This document shows positions 1-9,068 of a DNA stretch of 64,000 nt, piece after piece (the stretch's first letter is position 1; every line of letters begins with the position of its first letter). The position numbers and the translations under genes are program-made. This stretch comes from an uncultured bacterium (lineage in GTDB: Bacteria; Ratteibacteria; UBA8468; B48-G9; DTJG01). Below the pieces are notes generated by a model. That model worked only from the letters and a program-made list of their open reading frames with translations. It had not been told where the DNA came from and did no database searches. The stretch spans positions 5,052 through 69,051 of the forward strand of contig CAZSTE010000001.1 of the NCBI GenBank assembly GCA_964609735.1. The letters run 5' to 3'.

Positions 1-61
1 CGCATTGTATGCCGGCCGCCTTAAAACCAGAAGGAAAACAAACACCTGTTTTTTGTGGCAT
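1..61 (-). CDS. argJ: ArgJ N-terminal 20 codons. The gene continues off-window to the left; it is the same sequence as the start of argJ at 31393..31453.
   Basis: The reverse complement of 1..61 encodes MPQKTGVCFPSGFKAAGIQC, identical to the start of ORF 30254..31453. Confidence 0.6.
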   Translation of the reverse strand, partial: MPQKTGVCFPSGFKAAGIQC

Positions 62-70
62 ATATTTTTA

Positions 71-754
71 TTAAAATGATAATGAATCACAAATAGCAAG
101 AGCCAGCGACAGGTCTTGCCTTGTGGTAATTTTTATATTTTTCACATCGCCTGTTATTGCGTGAACAGGAAACCCCGCCTTCATACATAAGGATGCATCA
201 TCAGGAAAATCAGCAAGATTTTCTTTGTTAAGTTCAAAAGCATCTTCCAGGATTTTCTTTTTAAAACCCTGTGGGGTCTGGGCAATCTGCAGATTCTTGT
301 CAAAAATTGTTGAAAGAATTTTGTTGTTTTTCACTATTTTTACAGATCCATTAACAGGCGATACAGGCACACATGCTCCATATTCTTGTGTTGTTTTAAC
401 AATAGAAGAAATAAGATGTTCGCTTAAAAATGGTCTTGCTCCATCATGCACAAGAATGGTATCGCATTTTTTTGAGCAATGGCAAAGGCCATTTAACACA
501 GAACGCTCCCTACAATTTCCGCCGGGGACAACAGCAGTAATCTTACTAAAAGATTGTTTCCACATAGAAACCCGACGGGTATTGATGAATCTTTTTTGTG
601 TGACAACAACCATTTCATCTATCAAAGAGCTCATTGAAATTGTTTGCAAACAATATTCAATAACAGGAATGCCTTTTATCAAAAATAATGTTTTCGGGAT
701 CCTGCTTTTGAATCGGGTTCCCTTGCCCGCAGCAACAATAATACACCCTGTCAT
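71..754 (-). CDS. ispD: 2-C-methyl-D-erythritol 4-phosphate cytidylyltransferase
   Basis: 227 aa with an N-terminal IIVAAGKGTRF nucleotide-binding motif typical of IspD. It sits downstream of yacL as in the Bacillus radA-yacL-ispD synteny. Confidence 0.88.
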   Translation of the reverse strand: MTGCIIVAAGKGTRFKSRIPKTLFLIKGIPVIEYCLQTISMSSLIDEMVVVTQKRFINTRRVSMWKQSFSKITAVVPGGNCRERSVLNGLCHCSKKCDTILVHDGARPFLSEHLISSIVKTTQEYGACVPVSPVNGSVKIVKNNKILSTIFDKNLQIAQTPQGFKKKILEDAFELNKENLADFPDDASLCMKAGFPVHAITGDVKNIKITTRQDLSLALAICDSLSF

Positions 755-1722
755 TTTAGCCTGGCGAATATAATACGACCGCTAATGGTTTGTATGGTGC
801 TATCTATTATTGTTTCAACTGTTTTTCCAATATATTTTGCACCATCTTCAATAACAACCATTGTCCCGTCCTCAAGATATCCGACACCCTGGCCGTGTTC
901 TTTACCTTCTTTGATCACCTTAATATTTAATGTTTCTCCGGCCATTAGTTTTGCTTTCATCAGTGTTGCCAGATTATGGAGATTCAATACCTTAATGTTC
1001 TTAACCTCGGCTACCTTGGTAAGATTAAAATCATTTGTTAGAATTTTTGCGCCAAGTGAAGAAGCAAGCTTTACCAGTTTTACATCAACCTCTTCAATGT
1101 CGGGATAGTCAATGTCATAAATCTTCACATCAAGACTATTATCGTTTCGCAATTTGTTCAATGTATCAAGGCCCCTTCTTCCTCGTTGCCGTTTCATTTC
1201 GCTTGAAGAATCTGCCAATTCCTGCAATTCCTTCGTAATGAAGGTTGGGATAATAATTGTTCCCTCAATAAAACCGCTTTTTGCAAGTTCATACACGCGG
1301 CCATCTATTGCAACGCTGCTATCAATGACAATCGCCTTCATCGCGTCTGCTTTGAATTGGTGAAGATAGGGAAAAATAAATCCAAGCTCTCCAACCCCTC
1401 TTATGCCAATCATGATACCAAGATAACTAAAAATAAAGTAAAGAACAAATCGTACACCGTTTTCCTCTCTGGCTGTTGCAAACGGAACAAGCAAAACAAA
1501 ATTGGCAACCAAAATTGCGGTAATCAAACCAATAATAAGTCCAATGACGCCCATGATGAATTTTCTAAAAGGAATTTTTTGTATCAATAATTCCAGGCCA
1601 ACAATTATAAGACTTCCAACAAGTCCAAGTATCACGCCTTCTATTCTGTTTTCAATCCAGAAAACAGAACCCGCGAAGGCGCTTATAAGAACAAAGGTTG
1701 CACGAATAAAATATAAACCCAT
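751..1722 (-). CDS. yacL: YacL-like membrane protein with PIN and TRAM domains
   Basis: 323 aa. About four N-terminal TM helices, a central PIN-like region, and a C-terminal TRAM-like beta segment (GQGVGYLEDGTMVVIEDG). It lies between radA and ispD and overlaps ispD by 4 nt. Confidence 0.75.
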   Translation of the reverse strand: MGLYFIRATFVLISAFAGSVFWIENRIEGVILGLVGSLIIVGLELLIQKIPFRKFIMGVIGLIIGLITAILVANFVLLVPFATAREENGVRFVLYFIFSYLGIMIGIRGVGELGFIFPYLHQFKADAMKAIVIDSSVAIDGRVYELAKSGFIEGTIIIPTFITKELQELADSSSEMKRQRGRRGLDTLNKLRNDNSLDVKIYDIDYPDIEEVDVKLVKLASSLGAKILTNDFNLTKVAEVKNIKVLNLHNLATLMKAKLMAGETLNIKVIKEGKEHGQGVGYLEDGTMVVIEDGAKYIGKTVETIIDSTIQTISGRIIFARLK

Positions 1723-2048
1723 AAAAAACCTCCTTTTTCAAGACCTAACCTAAAACCATCATTTGTTTATTTTCTGGCAGAATACCTCTATAGAAAGAAA
1801 GGAAATGTGATATGGCGTGTAGCGAACCAGAAAAATATCCAACCATCAAGGGAAATTTATTTGGTGGTAATATGTGAATAAAAAAGACATGAGAACAATA
1901 AGGACAACAATTTTATAATGATTATTTTTCTTGATTTTTGCCATCTGATTGTCAAAGAACATCATTGCCTGTTTTTCTCATAAAAATTGTGTGATATCTA
2001 TAAATATGATATCTATAAAATAATATTATTTATTATATCATAATCATA

Positions 2049-3395
2049 TCAGCTTTTAAAAGCCACACCCATAATATCTTCAAGCCGTTTAACCTCTGTT
2101 ATTTTTAAACCCGTAGAAGGTATCTCCTTACATCCTGGTGGAACAAATGCCTTTTTGAAACCAAATCGCGATGCCTCTTTTAACCGCGATGGCATGTGTT
2201 GAACCGGCCTTATTTCACCTGTAAGGGCTATTTCTCCGATAAAAATGCTTTCTGGCAATAAAGCAATATCCTTGTATGATGAAATTGAAGCAACCGCAAT
2301 TGCCAGGTCTACAGCAGGTTCTGTAATTTTGAGACCGCCGGAAACATTAAAATAAACATCCCTGCTGGCAAGGTTCATTTTAAGTTTTTTTTCAAGCACA
2401 GCAAGGACAAGATTGGCCCTGTTATAATCGAGACCTGTAAAATTGCGTCTTGGAACCGCAAGATAGCTTGTTGTAATGAGAGCCTGTATTTCAACAAGGA
2501 TTGTCCGTTTTCCTTCCTGTGTGGGGAAAATAACAAGTCCAGGATACGATGTTGAGATGCTGCTGACAAAAATACGGCTTGAATCAGGCATTTCAACCAA
2601 ACCTGTTTCATCCATTTTAAACACGCCTATTTCTTCTGTAGAACCAAACCTATTTTTCATTCCGCGAAGTATTCTTAGGTTTGATAATCTGTCACCTTCA
2701 AAATAAAGAACAACATCTACCAGGTGTTCAAGAATTTTTGGACCTGCGATATTTCCTTCTTTTGTAATATGGCCTATCAAGAAAACCGAATGGCTTCCTT
2801 TTTTCGCCCATTCTATAAAAAACTGAGCAGCCCGTCTTACCTGAAAGATAGAACCGAAAGGATAGTCAAATTCTGAATCATAAATCATCTGAACAGAATC
2901 CACAATAACAGTATCGGGCATGATTGATTGAAGAGCCTGGTCTATTGTTTCTATTTCATTTTCAGACAGAATAAAAAGAGATTCCGCATTTGTTATCCCA
3001 AGCCTTTCTGCCCGCATTTTAACCTGCTGAGGCGATTCTTCAGCAGAGACATACAGAACCTTTTTACCCTGTTTTGAAAGGCCGGCAGCAACAAGAAGAA
3101 TCAGTGTGGATTTCCCTATGCCGGGTTCTCCAGCAAGAAGCACAACCGCGCCATCAACAATTCCGCCTCCGAGTGTTCTATCCAGTTCTCCGATTGTTGT
3201 TGATATCCGCATGTGATCCAAAATTTTTATATCATTAAGAAGGTGTGGTTTTTGTTTCTCATAGGTGGATAAAGGCTGTTTTGAGGATTCTTCATAGAAA
3301 GAATTCCATGCCCCGCAAGAAGGGCATTTACCAAGCCATCTAACAGAAATATGTCCGCATTCTTGGCATGCGAATATTGTTTTTTCCTTGCTCAT
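2049..3395 (-). CDS. radA: DNA repair protein RadA/Sms
   Basis: 448 aa. N-terminal C4 zinc finger (CQECGHISVRWLGKCPSCGAWN), Walker A GEPGIGKST, and a C-terminal Lon-like domain. Confidence 0.95.
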   Translation of the reverse strand: MSKEKTIFACQECGHISVRWLGKCPSCGAWNSFYEESSKQPLSTYEKQKPHLLNDIKILDHMRISTTIGELDRTLGGGIVDGAVVLLAGEPGIGKSTLILLVAAGLSKQGKKVLYVSAEESPQQVKMRAERLGITNAESLFILSENEIETIDQALQSIMPDTVIVDSVQMIYDSEFDYPFGSIFQVRRAAQFFIEWAKKGSHSVFLIGHITKEGNIAGPKILEHLVDVVLYFEGDRLSNLRILRGMKNRFGSTEEIGVFKMDETGLVEMPDSSRIFVSSISTSYPGLVIFPTQEGKRTILVEIQALITTSYLAVPRRNFTGLDYNRANLVLAVLEKKLKMNLASRDVYFNVSGGLKITEPAVDLAIAVASISSYKDIALLPESIFIGEIALTGEIRPVQHMPSRLKEASRFGFKKAFVPPGCKEIPSTGLKITEVKRLEDIMGVAFKS

Positions 3396-4474
3396 TGCCC
3401 CCTTTCTCTAAACAGAATCTTCCATGGATGGGCTTTGAGGTCCTGAACCATTTCAAAAATCTGATTGTAAAGGTCGTCCTTTGCAATCAGTTTTCCCACT
3501 GTTCCTTTGCCAGAACGAATATCAGATAAAATATCACCAAGTTGGTCACTGGCATACGCGAGTTTTATAAAAGAAACATTAAGATTTGTTGATACATCCT
3601 TTAAGCCAGCGATTGTTTCCCTGATATCTCTTGCGATTTCAGTGTCTGTGATAATGTCTGCAAAAAGACCCTGGTTTTCCAGCTTATCAATGAAGCGGTT
3701 TATCCTATGATTGGTTTGTGTAAATGTTTGAGTTGCAACAGCGAACTGTTCTGCTGCTTGTGAAAGGGTGTTATCCAGTTCAATAAGCGTGTGGTCAAGA
3801 TGGGTAACACTGCTGTTTATCTTATCGCGATTTTCACTGATAAGCGAATTTATTTCCGATGCGGTTGTGTTCCAGTTTAAAGCGAGGCTGTTAAAACTGT
3901 TAATAGTGGTTGATGTTTGGGAGATTAAATTTTTTGTTTCAGAGGCAATCTGTGTAATCTGGGATTTTAATCTTTCATCCTTGGTAATTTCATTCAAAGA
4001 GGCAAGAATGTTGTTTAGGTTTTTAAGGATATCCTCTCCTGTACTAAGGAATCTTTCCATTGGAAGAGGATCCTCGCCTTGAACGATTTCGCCTGGTTGA
4101 ATAATGGGCTGATCATTGAGGTCTGTTGGCAGTATCTCAAGATATTTTTCGCCAATAATCCCATAATTCCGCACAAGAAACCTGCTGTGTTTACCAAGAC
4201 GGATCTTAGGGTTTAATCGAGCAGTGACAATAATCTGTACCTGATTCTTATTCATAACCAAATCAATATTTTTTACCTCGCCAACACGATATCCGCTTAC
4301 CCGCACCGGCGCTCCCGGATCAAGTCCGGCGATATAGGTGTAAACAATCTTTAAATCATATCCTCTTCCCTGTAATAACTTACCCTGTGAAAAAATGAAT
4401 ATAAAAAATACAATCAAACCCAGGAATATAAAAAGTCCAACCTTAAATTGAATATCAGATGCCCTCTTTTTCAT
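3392..4474 (-). CDS. mlaD: MlaD/MCE-family ABC transporter periplasmic component with a long coiled-coil C-terminal extension
   Basis: N-terminal TM helix followed by an MCE domain (VRVSGYRVGEVKNIDL). I placed the start at the ATG of MKKRASD, which has a GGAGAC SD; the track start METY is a TTG. Confidence 0.8.
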   Translation of the reverse strand: MKKRASDIQFKVGLFIFLGLIVFFIFIFSQGKLLQGRGYDLKIVYTYIAGLDPGAPVRVSGYRVGEVKNIDLVMNKNQVQIIVTARLNPKIRLGKHSRFLVRNYGIIGEKYLEILPTDLNDQPIIQPGEIVQGEDPLPMERFLSTGEDILKNLNNILASLNEITKDERLKSQITQIASETKNLISQTSTTINSFNSLALNWNTTASEINSLISENRDKINSSVTHLDHTLIELDNTLSQAAEQFAVATQTFTQTNHRINRFIDKLENQGLFADIITDTEIARDIRETIAGLKDVSTNLNVSFIKLAYASDQLGDILSDIRSGKGTVGKLIAKDDLYNQIFEMVQDLKAHPWKILFRERGQ

Positions 4475-5204
4475 ATAGGTCTCCAATGTTTAAAAAGTAT
4501 CTTACAAACTCATTTCCCGAATTGATAATCTGATCCCATTTTCCTGTTGCGACAATTGTTCCTTCATCAATAACCGCTATATGGTCTGCAAGATTTCTTG
4601 CAATTGCAAGGTCATGTGTTACTATCACATCTGTCGTGCAGAAATCAGAATGAATTTTTTTCATAAGTTTTATAATGCTGGCTGATGTAATCACGTCAAG
4701 CCCCGCTGTGGGTTCATCATAAAAAAGAATCTGTGGTTTGCTGGCAAGCGCGCGCGCAATGCCAACCCTTTTTTTCATTCCGCCGCTTAATTCCTCTGGC
4801 ATTTTTTCGCTAATATCGTCAAGCCCCACTGCTTCAAGGAAGGTTTCTGCTGTTTTGCGTATTTCATTTTCAGGTATATCAGAATGTTCAAGAAGAAAGA
4901 AACCGACATTTTCCCAAACGCTCATTGAATCAAAGAGTGCCGAGGATTGAAATACCATGCCGCTTTTCTTGCGGATATTAAAAAGATGTTTATCATCTAA
5001 TTCGGACATATCCTGTCCAAGGATTTCTACCCTGCCTTTATTCGGTGTGATAAGGCCCAGAAGTGTTTTCAAAAGAACCGTTTTACCAGAACCTGATTGT
5101 CCCAGGATAACCATTGTTTCGCCATCTGACACCTCAAGATCAAGGTCGTGTAATATTTCCTGATTTTTTAATACCACAGAAAGTTTTTTGATGTTTATAA
5201 TCAT
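4455..5204 (-). CDS. mlaF: ABC transporter ATP-binding protein, MlaF-like
   Basis: 249 aa. Walker A GQSGSGKT, ABC signature LSGGMKKRVGIARA, and a Walker B region. Confidence 0.85.
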   Translation of the reverse strand: MIINIKKLSVVLKNQEILHDLDLEVSDGETMVILGQSGSGKTVLLKTLLGLITPNKGRVEILGQDMSELDDKHLFNIRKKSGMVFQSSALFDSMSVWENVGFFLLEHSDIPENEIRKTAETFLEAVGLDDISEKMPEELSGGMKKRVGIARALASKPQILFYDEPTAGLDVITSASIIKLMKKIHSDFCTTDVIVTHDLAIARNLADHIAVIDEGTIVATGKWDQIINSGNEFVRYFLNIGDLYEKEGI

Positions 5205-5205
5205 A

Positions 5206-5988
5206 TTATAAGAAATAAAAAATTGCTGTTAAAACAAAGTTTGCAAGAATAACAAGGAAAAATGCATTAACAACCGCGGATGTGGTGGCATTTCCAACCC
5301 CTTCTGCTCCGCCTGATGTTTTTAAACCTTCAATACATGAAGCGCCAATAATTAAAATGCCAAATATAAATGATTTTGTTATCCCGACAAAGATATCCTT
5401 AAGTTTGATAAATTGAAAACTCTGGTATAGATATACCCCGGGTGCTATATGAACCAGATATACCCCAATAATATAACCGCCAATGATACTGAGTAAATTT
5501 GCCATTAATGTAAGAATGGGGACCATAATCATCGCTGATATTAATCGCGGGGTTACAAGATATGAAATGGGATTAACACCTAAAACCTCAAGAGCATCTA
5601 TTTGTTCTGTGATTTTCATACTTCCTATCTCTGCCGCAACAGATGCGCCAACCCTTCCTGCAACAATCAGCGCAACAATTACAGGCCCTAACTCCCTTAT
5701 CATAGAAACACTGACAATTCCACCCACAAAACTCTCGCCGCCAAATTTTTTCAATGTTACCGCGGTTTCCATAACCATTACCATTCCTGTAAATGTTGAT
5801 ATCGTTCCGACCAGTGGAAATGAGTCAAGGCCGATCTTTGCCATATTTTCAATAATAAGTTTTTTCCTTCGCGCTGTCTGTGAAAATATTTTTTTTGCTG
5901 CGTCCGAAATGAGAATGAAAACCTCTCCAAGGTAGGTGATAATTGCAATAACAAGCGCTCCAAGGGATTTAATAAATCCTGTCATCAT
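5206..5988 (-). CDS. mlaE: ABC transporter permease, MlaE-like
   Basis: 260 aa polytopic membrane protein of the MlaE/YrbE family. It overlaps dnaB by 4 nt. Confidence 0.82.
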   Translation of the reverse strand: MMTGFIKSLGALVIAIITYLGEVFILISDAAKKIFSQTARRKKLIIENMAKIGLDSFPLVGTISTFTGMVMVMETAVTLKKFGGESFVGGIVSVSMIRELGPVIVALIVAGRVGASVAAEIGSMKITEQIDALEVLGVNPISYLVTPRLISAMIMVPILTLMANLLSIIGGYIIGVYLVHIAPGVYLYQSFQFIKLKDIFVGITKSFIFGILIIGASCIEGLKTSGGAEGVGNATTSAVVNAFFLVILANFVLTAIFYFL

Positions 5989-7328
5989 GGTTGTTTTCTG
6001 TAACCTTCAAATCTAAGGCATTCCTTACGAAATGTTAATTTTATCTGATCGGTGGGCCCATTTCTCTGCTTGGCGATAATAATGTCCGCGATTCCTTTTG
6101 TTTCTTCAGAATCATCGTACCGTTCATCCCTATGTAAGAATATTACAACATCTGCATCCTGTTCAATAGAACCGCTTTCTCTGAGGTCTGCAAGAATGGG
6201 TTTTTTATCTTCTCTTCGTTCAATGAGTCTGTTCATCTGGGATAATGCGATAACAGGAATTGATAATTCTTTTGCCATTGCCTTTAATGAGGAAGAAATA
6301 TCAGTAATTTCCTGCTGCCGGTTTTCATACCTGCCCTTGCCTCGCATTAATTGAAGATAATCCACTATGACCATCTGGATATTTTCGCGAGATTTTAATC
6401 TTCGCGATCGTGCCCTGAGTTCAAAGATAGAAAGTGCGGGGGTATCATCAATAAATATGGGTGTTTTTTCAAGGATGCCGGCGGCCTGAATCAATTTACC
6501 CATATCCCTGTCGGAAAGTATACCTTTCCGCATCAGGGAGGAATCAATCTTTGCTTCGCAGCATAACATCCTTTGAACAAGCTGTTCTCGCGACATTTCA
6601 AGGCTGAATATCACAACAGGAATATTCTGTGTGATGGCAAGATTCAAGGCGATATTACAGGCGAAAGCCGTTTTCCCCATGGAAGGCCTGGCGGCTATTA
6701 CTATAAGGTCTGATCTTTGAAAGCCCGATGTTATATTATCAAGGTCCACATAACCGCTTGCCAATCCGGTTACATGGCCCTGTTTTGCATGGATTTTTTC
6801 AAAAAGGTCGAGATTTTCTTTTACCAGCAAAGACAATGGGTAGGCCTCTCGCGAAACCATATGTTCTGAAATATCAAATATCATTGCCTCTGCCTGGTCA
6901 AGAAGTCCATCAACATCCTGGACTCCAGAATGGGCTTCTGCAACAATCTGGGTGGAAACATTGATAAGTTTTCTTAGCACAAAATTATCTCTTACAATCT
7001 TTGCGTAATCTTCAAGATGGGCAGATGTTGGAACAAAATCAAACAGGGATGTTAGATATTCTATGCCGCCGGCTTGTTCAATTTTACTTTTTTTTTTAAG
7101 GTTATCTACAAGGGTAACCAGGTCGCATTTTGCGTTTGTTTCAAAAAATTCCTGCATAACACTGAATATCAATTGATGACGGTTATCGTAAAAAAACTCT
7201 TTTTTTACAATTTCCAAACCCCGTATCAGGGCATCCTCATCAAGCAACATTGATGCGATGAGTGCTTTTTCTGCTTCAATATTTTGAGGGGGTATCTGCT
7301 CTGCAATGGATAGGTTTTTCTTTGTCAT
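5985..7328 (-). CDS. dnaB: Replicative DNA helicase DnaB
   Basis: 447 aa. N-terminal NIEAEKALIASML domain and a RecA-like domain with ARPSMGKTAFACNIA Walker A. Confidence 0.95.
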   Translation of the reverse strand: MTKKNLSIAEQIPPQNIEAEKALIASMLLDEDALIRGLEIVKKEFFYDNRHQLIFSVMQEFFETNAKCDLVTLVDNLKKKSKIEQAGGIEYLTSLFDFVPTSAHLEDYAKIVRDNFVLRKLINVSTQIVAEAHSGVQDVDGLLDQAEAMIFDISEHMVSREAYPLSLLVKENLDLFEKIHAKQGHVTGLASGYVDLDNITSGFQRSDLIVIAARPSMGKTAFACNIALNLAITQNIPVVIFSLEMSREQLVQRMLCCEAKIDSSLMRKGILSDRDMGKLIQAAGILEKTPIFIDDTPALSIFELRARSRRLKSRENIQMVIVDYLQLMRGKGRYENRQQEITDISSSLKAMAKELSIPVIALSQMNRLIERREDKKPILADLRESGSIEQDADVVIFLHRDERYDDSEETKGIADIIIAKQRNGPTDQIKLTFRKECLRFEGYRKQP

Positions 7329-7388
7329 CTATGCCTCGCTATATTTTTCTTCTCATGCAGAATTAAAAACAATTTCGTTTTTACCGGT

Positions 7389-7853
7389 TCAGGTAGCAGC
7401 ATCCTGTTTTTGTACAATCCATACCTTTAATTCTGCGTTTATTTCGCCCATAAGATGGATGGGAACCTTGTAAATGCCGAGTTTTTTGATGGGTTCTTCC
7501 AGGGATATCTGATGTTTATCTATTTGAATATCATGTTGAGATTTTAAAGCATCGGCAATATCTTCTGTAGTAACAGAACCAAAAAGTTTTTCTTCTTCGC
7601 CAGCCTTTGCCTCAATGGTAACTGACAGTTTATTTAATCTGGTTTGGAGCGCTTCTGCTTCTTTCAAAAGTTTTTCTCTTTTTAAGTCCAATGATTTTTT
7701 AATCTGCTCAATCCTTTTTATGTTTTTTTTATCCGCTTCTATGGCGAGTCCTCTTGGGAAAAGATAATTTCTTGCGTATCCATCGCGGACATCGCATATT
7801 TCACCTTCCTGTCCAAGACCTTTTACCTGTTTTGTAAGAATAATTTTCATCAA
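7389..7853 (-). CDS. rplI: 50S ribosomal protein L9
   Basis: 154 aa; [36 protein letters not shown] is the canonical L9 N-domain. Confidence 0.92.
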   Translation of the reverse strand: MMKIILTKQVKGLGQEGEICDVRDGYARNYLFPRGLAIEADKKNIKRIEQIKKSLDLKREKLLKEAEALQTRLNKLSVTIEAKAGEEEKLFGSVTTEDIADALKSQHDIQIDKHQISLEEPIKKLGIYKVPIHLMGEINAELKVWIVQKQDAAT

Positions 7854-7862
7854 ATATCTCCG

Positions 7863-8120
7863 TTATGTCTGAATATATGGAAGAAGGGCCATATATCTTG
7901 CATGTTTAATAGCTTTTGTAAGCGCCCGTTGATGTCGCGCACAAACACCTGTAAGTTTAGAGGAAAGTATTTTACCCCTTCCGCTCATATAGCGTCTAAT
8001 TTTTCCAATATCCTTATAATCAATTTCGTGAACTTTTTCTTCACAAAATTTACATCCCTTCGCCCGTTTCTTCTTTCTCGGTTTCTGTTGTTTCCGTGTA
8101 TCCCTCATTCTTTGTTCCAT
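7863..8120 (-). CDS. rpsR: 30S ribosomal protein S18
   Basis: [59 protein letters not shown] is the S18 core. I re-picked the start at MEQRM (ATG with an AAGGAG SD), not the track's extended MKIFSFW. Confidence 0.9.
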   Translation of the reverse strand: MEQRMRDTRKQQKPRKKKRAKGCKFCEEKVHEIDYKDIGKIRRYMSGRGKILSSKLTGVCARHQRALTKAIKHARYMALLPYIQT

Positions 8121-8484
8121 TGTCCATTTCTCCTTGTATGTTAGGAAGTGACCTATCCAAAAACTGAAAATTTTCAACCAGAACTTCCAGTGTTGACCTT
8201 TTTTCGTTATCGGATGTTTCCCACTGCCGATAATTTAAACGACCTTCAACAAAAATTGTAGAACCCTTTTTAAGATATTCTGCACAAATTTCGGCTCTTT
8301 TTCCCCAAACAACCAGATTAACAAAACAGGATTCTTTTTGTTTGTTGCCATCTTTTGCAGTATATTCCCTGTTGATGGCAATGCCAAAACTAGCAACCGC
8401 AGTGCCTGAGGGGGTATATCTGAGTTCGGGATCCCTCGTTAATCGTCCTATCAGAAAAACCTTGTTAAGATTCGGACCGGCCAT
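8050..8484 (-). CDS. ssb: Single-stranded DNA-binding protein
   Basis: 144 aa; [41 protein letters not shown] is the SSB OB fold. The acidic tail ends ...ETGEGM, with no DIPF tip. Confidence 0.85.
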   Translation of the reverse strand: MAGPNLNKVFLIGRLTRDPELRYTPSGTAVASFGIAINREYTAKDGNKQKESCFVNLVVWGKRAEICAEYLKKGSTIFVEGRLNYRQWETSDNEKRSTLEVLVENFQFLDRSLPNIQGEMDNGTKNEGYTETTETEKEETGEGM

Positions 8485-8791
8485 TTTTTGTAAATTCCGG
8501 AAATTCTTTTTTCATTAAAATAAGGCTTCTTAATATTTTTTCCCTATGTTTTAATGCTGAATCTATTTTTGTAATTACATCAGGTGCTGCTTCAAAATAA
8601 AAAAGATAATAATATCCCTCGTTTTTCTTTTTTATGGGATAGGTAAGCATACGTTTACCCCATAATTCATGATGTATGATATTTGCGCCAGAATCAGTTA
8701 AAATCTGTGAAATATTATTCACTTCCTCTTCAAGGCTGTTTGGGTCCAGGTCAGGTGCCATAAGAATACAGGCTTCATATTTTCTTATCAT
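8465..8791 (-). CDS. rpsF: 30S ribosomal protein S6
   Basis: MIRKYEACILMAPDLD... S6 fold. Start placed at an ATG with a GGAGGA SD; the track's MEEL extension begins at a GTG. Confidence 0.85.
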   Translation of the reverse strand: MIRKYEACILMAPDLDPNSLEEEVNNISQILTDSGANIIHHELWGKRMLTYPIKKKNEGYYYLFYFEAAPDVITKIDSALKHREKILRSLILMKKEFPEFTKNGRSES

Positions 8792-8885
8792 CAACTCCTC
8801 CACGGTTCAAAATCTTCCAATATTTATATTGTATTTGGATTATACCTGTCTTCAAAAGGATTGTCAAAAATTCTTATCTTGTTTT

Positions 8886-8912
8886 TTGAAAAGAATAATG
8901 ATACCCTATAAT
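8886..8912 (+). promoter_or_regulatory. Candidate sigma70-type promoter (TTGAAA, 15-nt spacer, TATAAT) for the + strand coaC-like operon
   Basis: A hexamer pair read directly in the 265-bp divergent intergenic region between rpsF and the flavoprotein gene. The spacer is 15 nt, shorter than optimal. Confidence 0.3.
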
Positions 8913-9068
8913 CAAATGGCTGATAACAATGATGAAATTTAAAGGTTTATGTAATCTTTATGAAGAAAAAAAGAAACAATATTGTATGAAGATAGTTAAG
9001 CATATTTCAGCTGTTTATCCAGGCAGAGAAACATAATGTAGATTCCCATCAAAAAAGATGAGGTTTTT

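Noticed and set aside
225-773. Long antisense ORFs opposite well-supported genes (225..773 +, 5483..5935 +, 10498..10959 -, 19343..19762 -, 28365..28832 +, 30198..30722 +, and their copy-2 twins)
   Set aside because: Each lies wholly inside a strongly homologous gene on the other strand (ispD, mlaE, aminotransferase, groEL, giant protein, dnaJ/argJ). Their translations are low-complexity with no recognisable domains, so they are typical spurious shadow ORFs.
1985-2030. Possible CRISPR-like or IS-terminal repeat from the duplicated tgatatctataaa 13-mers
   Set aside because: There are only two copies separated by 2 bp, with no spacer structure and no cas or transposase genes nearby. It is more likely a regulatory direct repeat.
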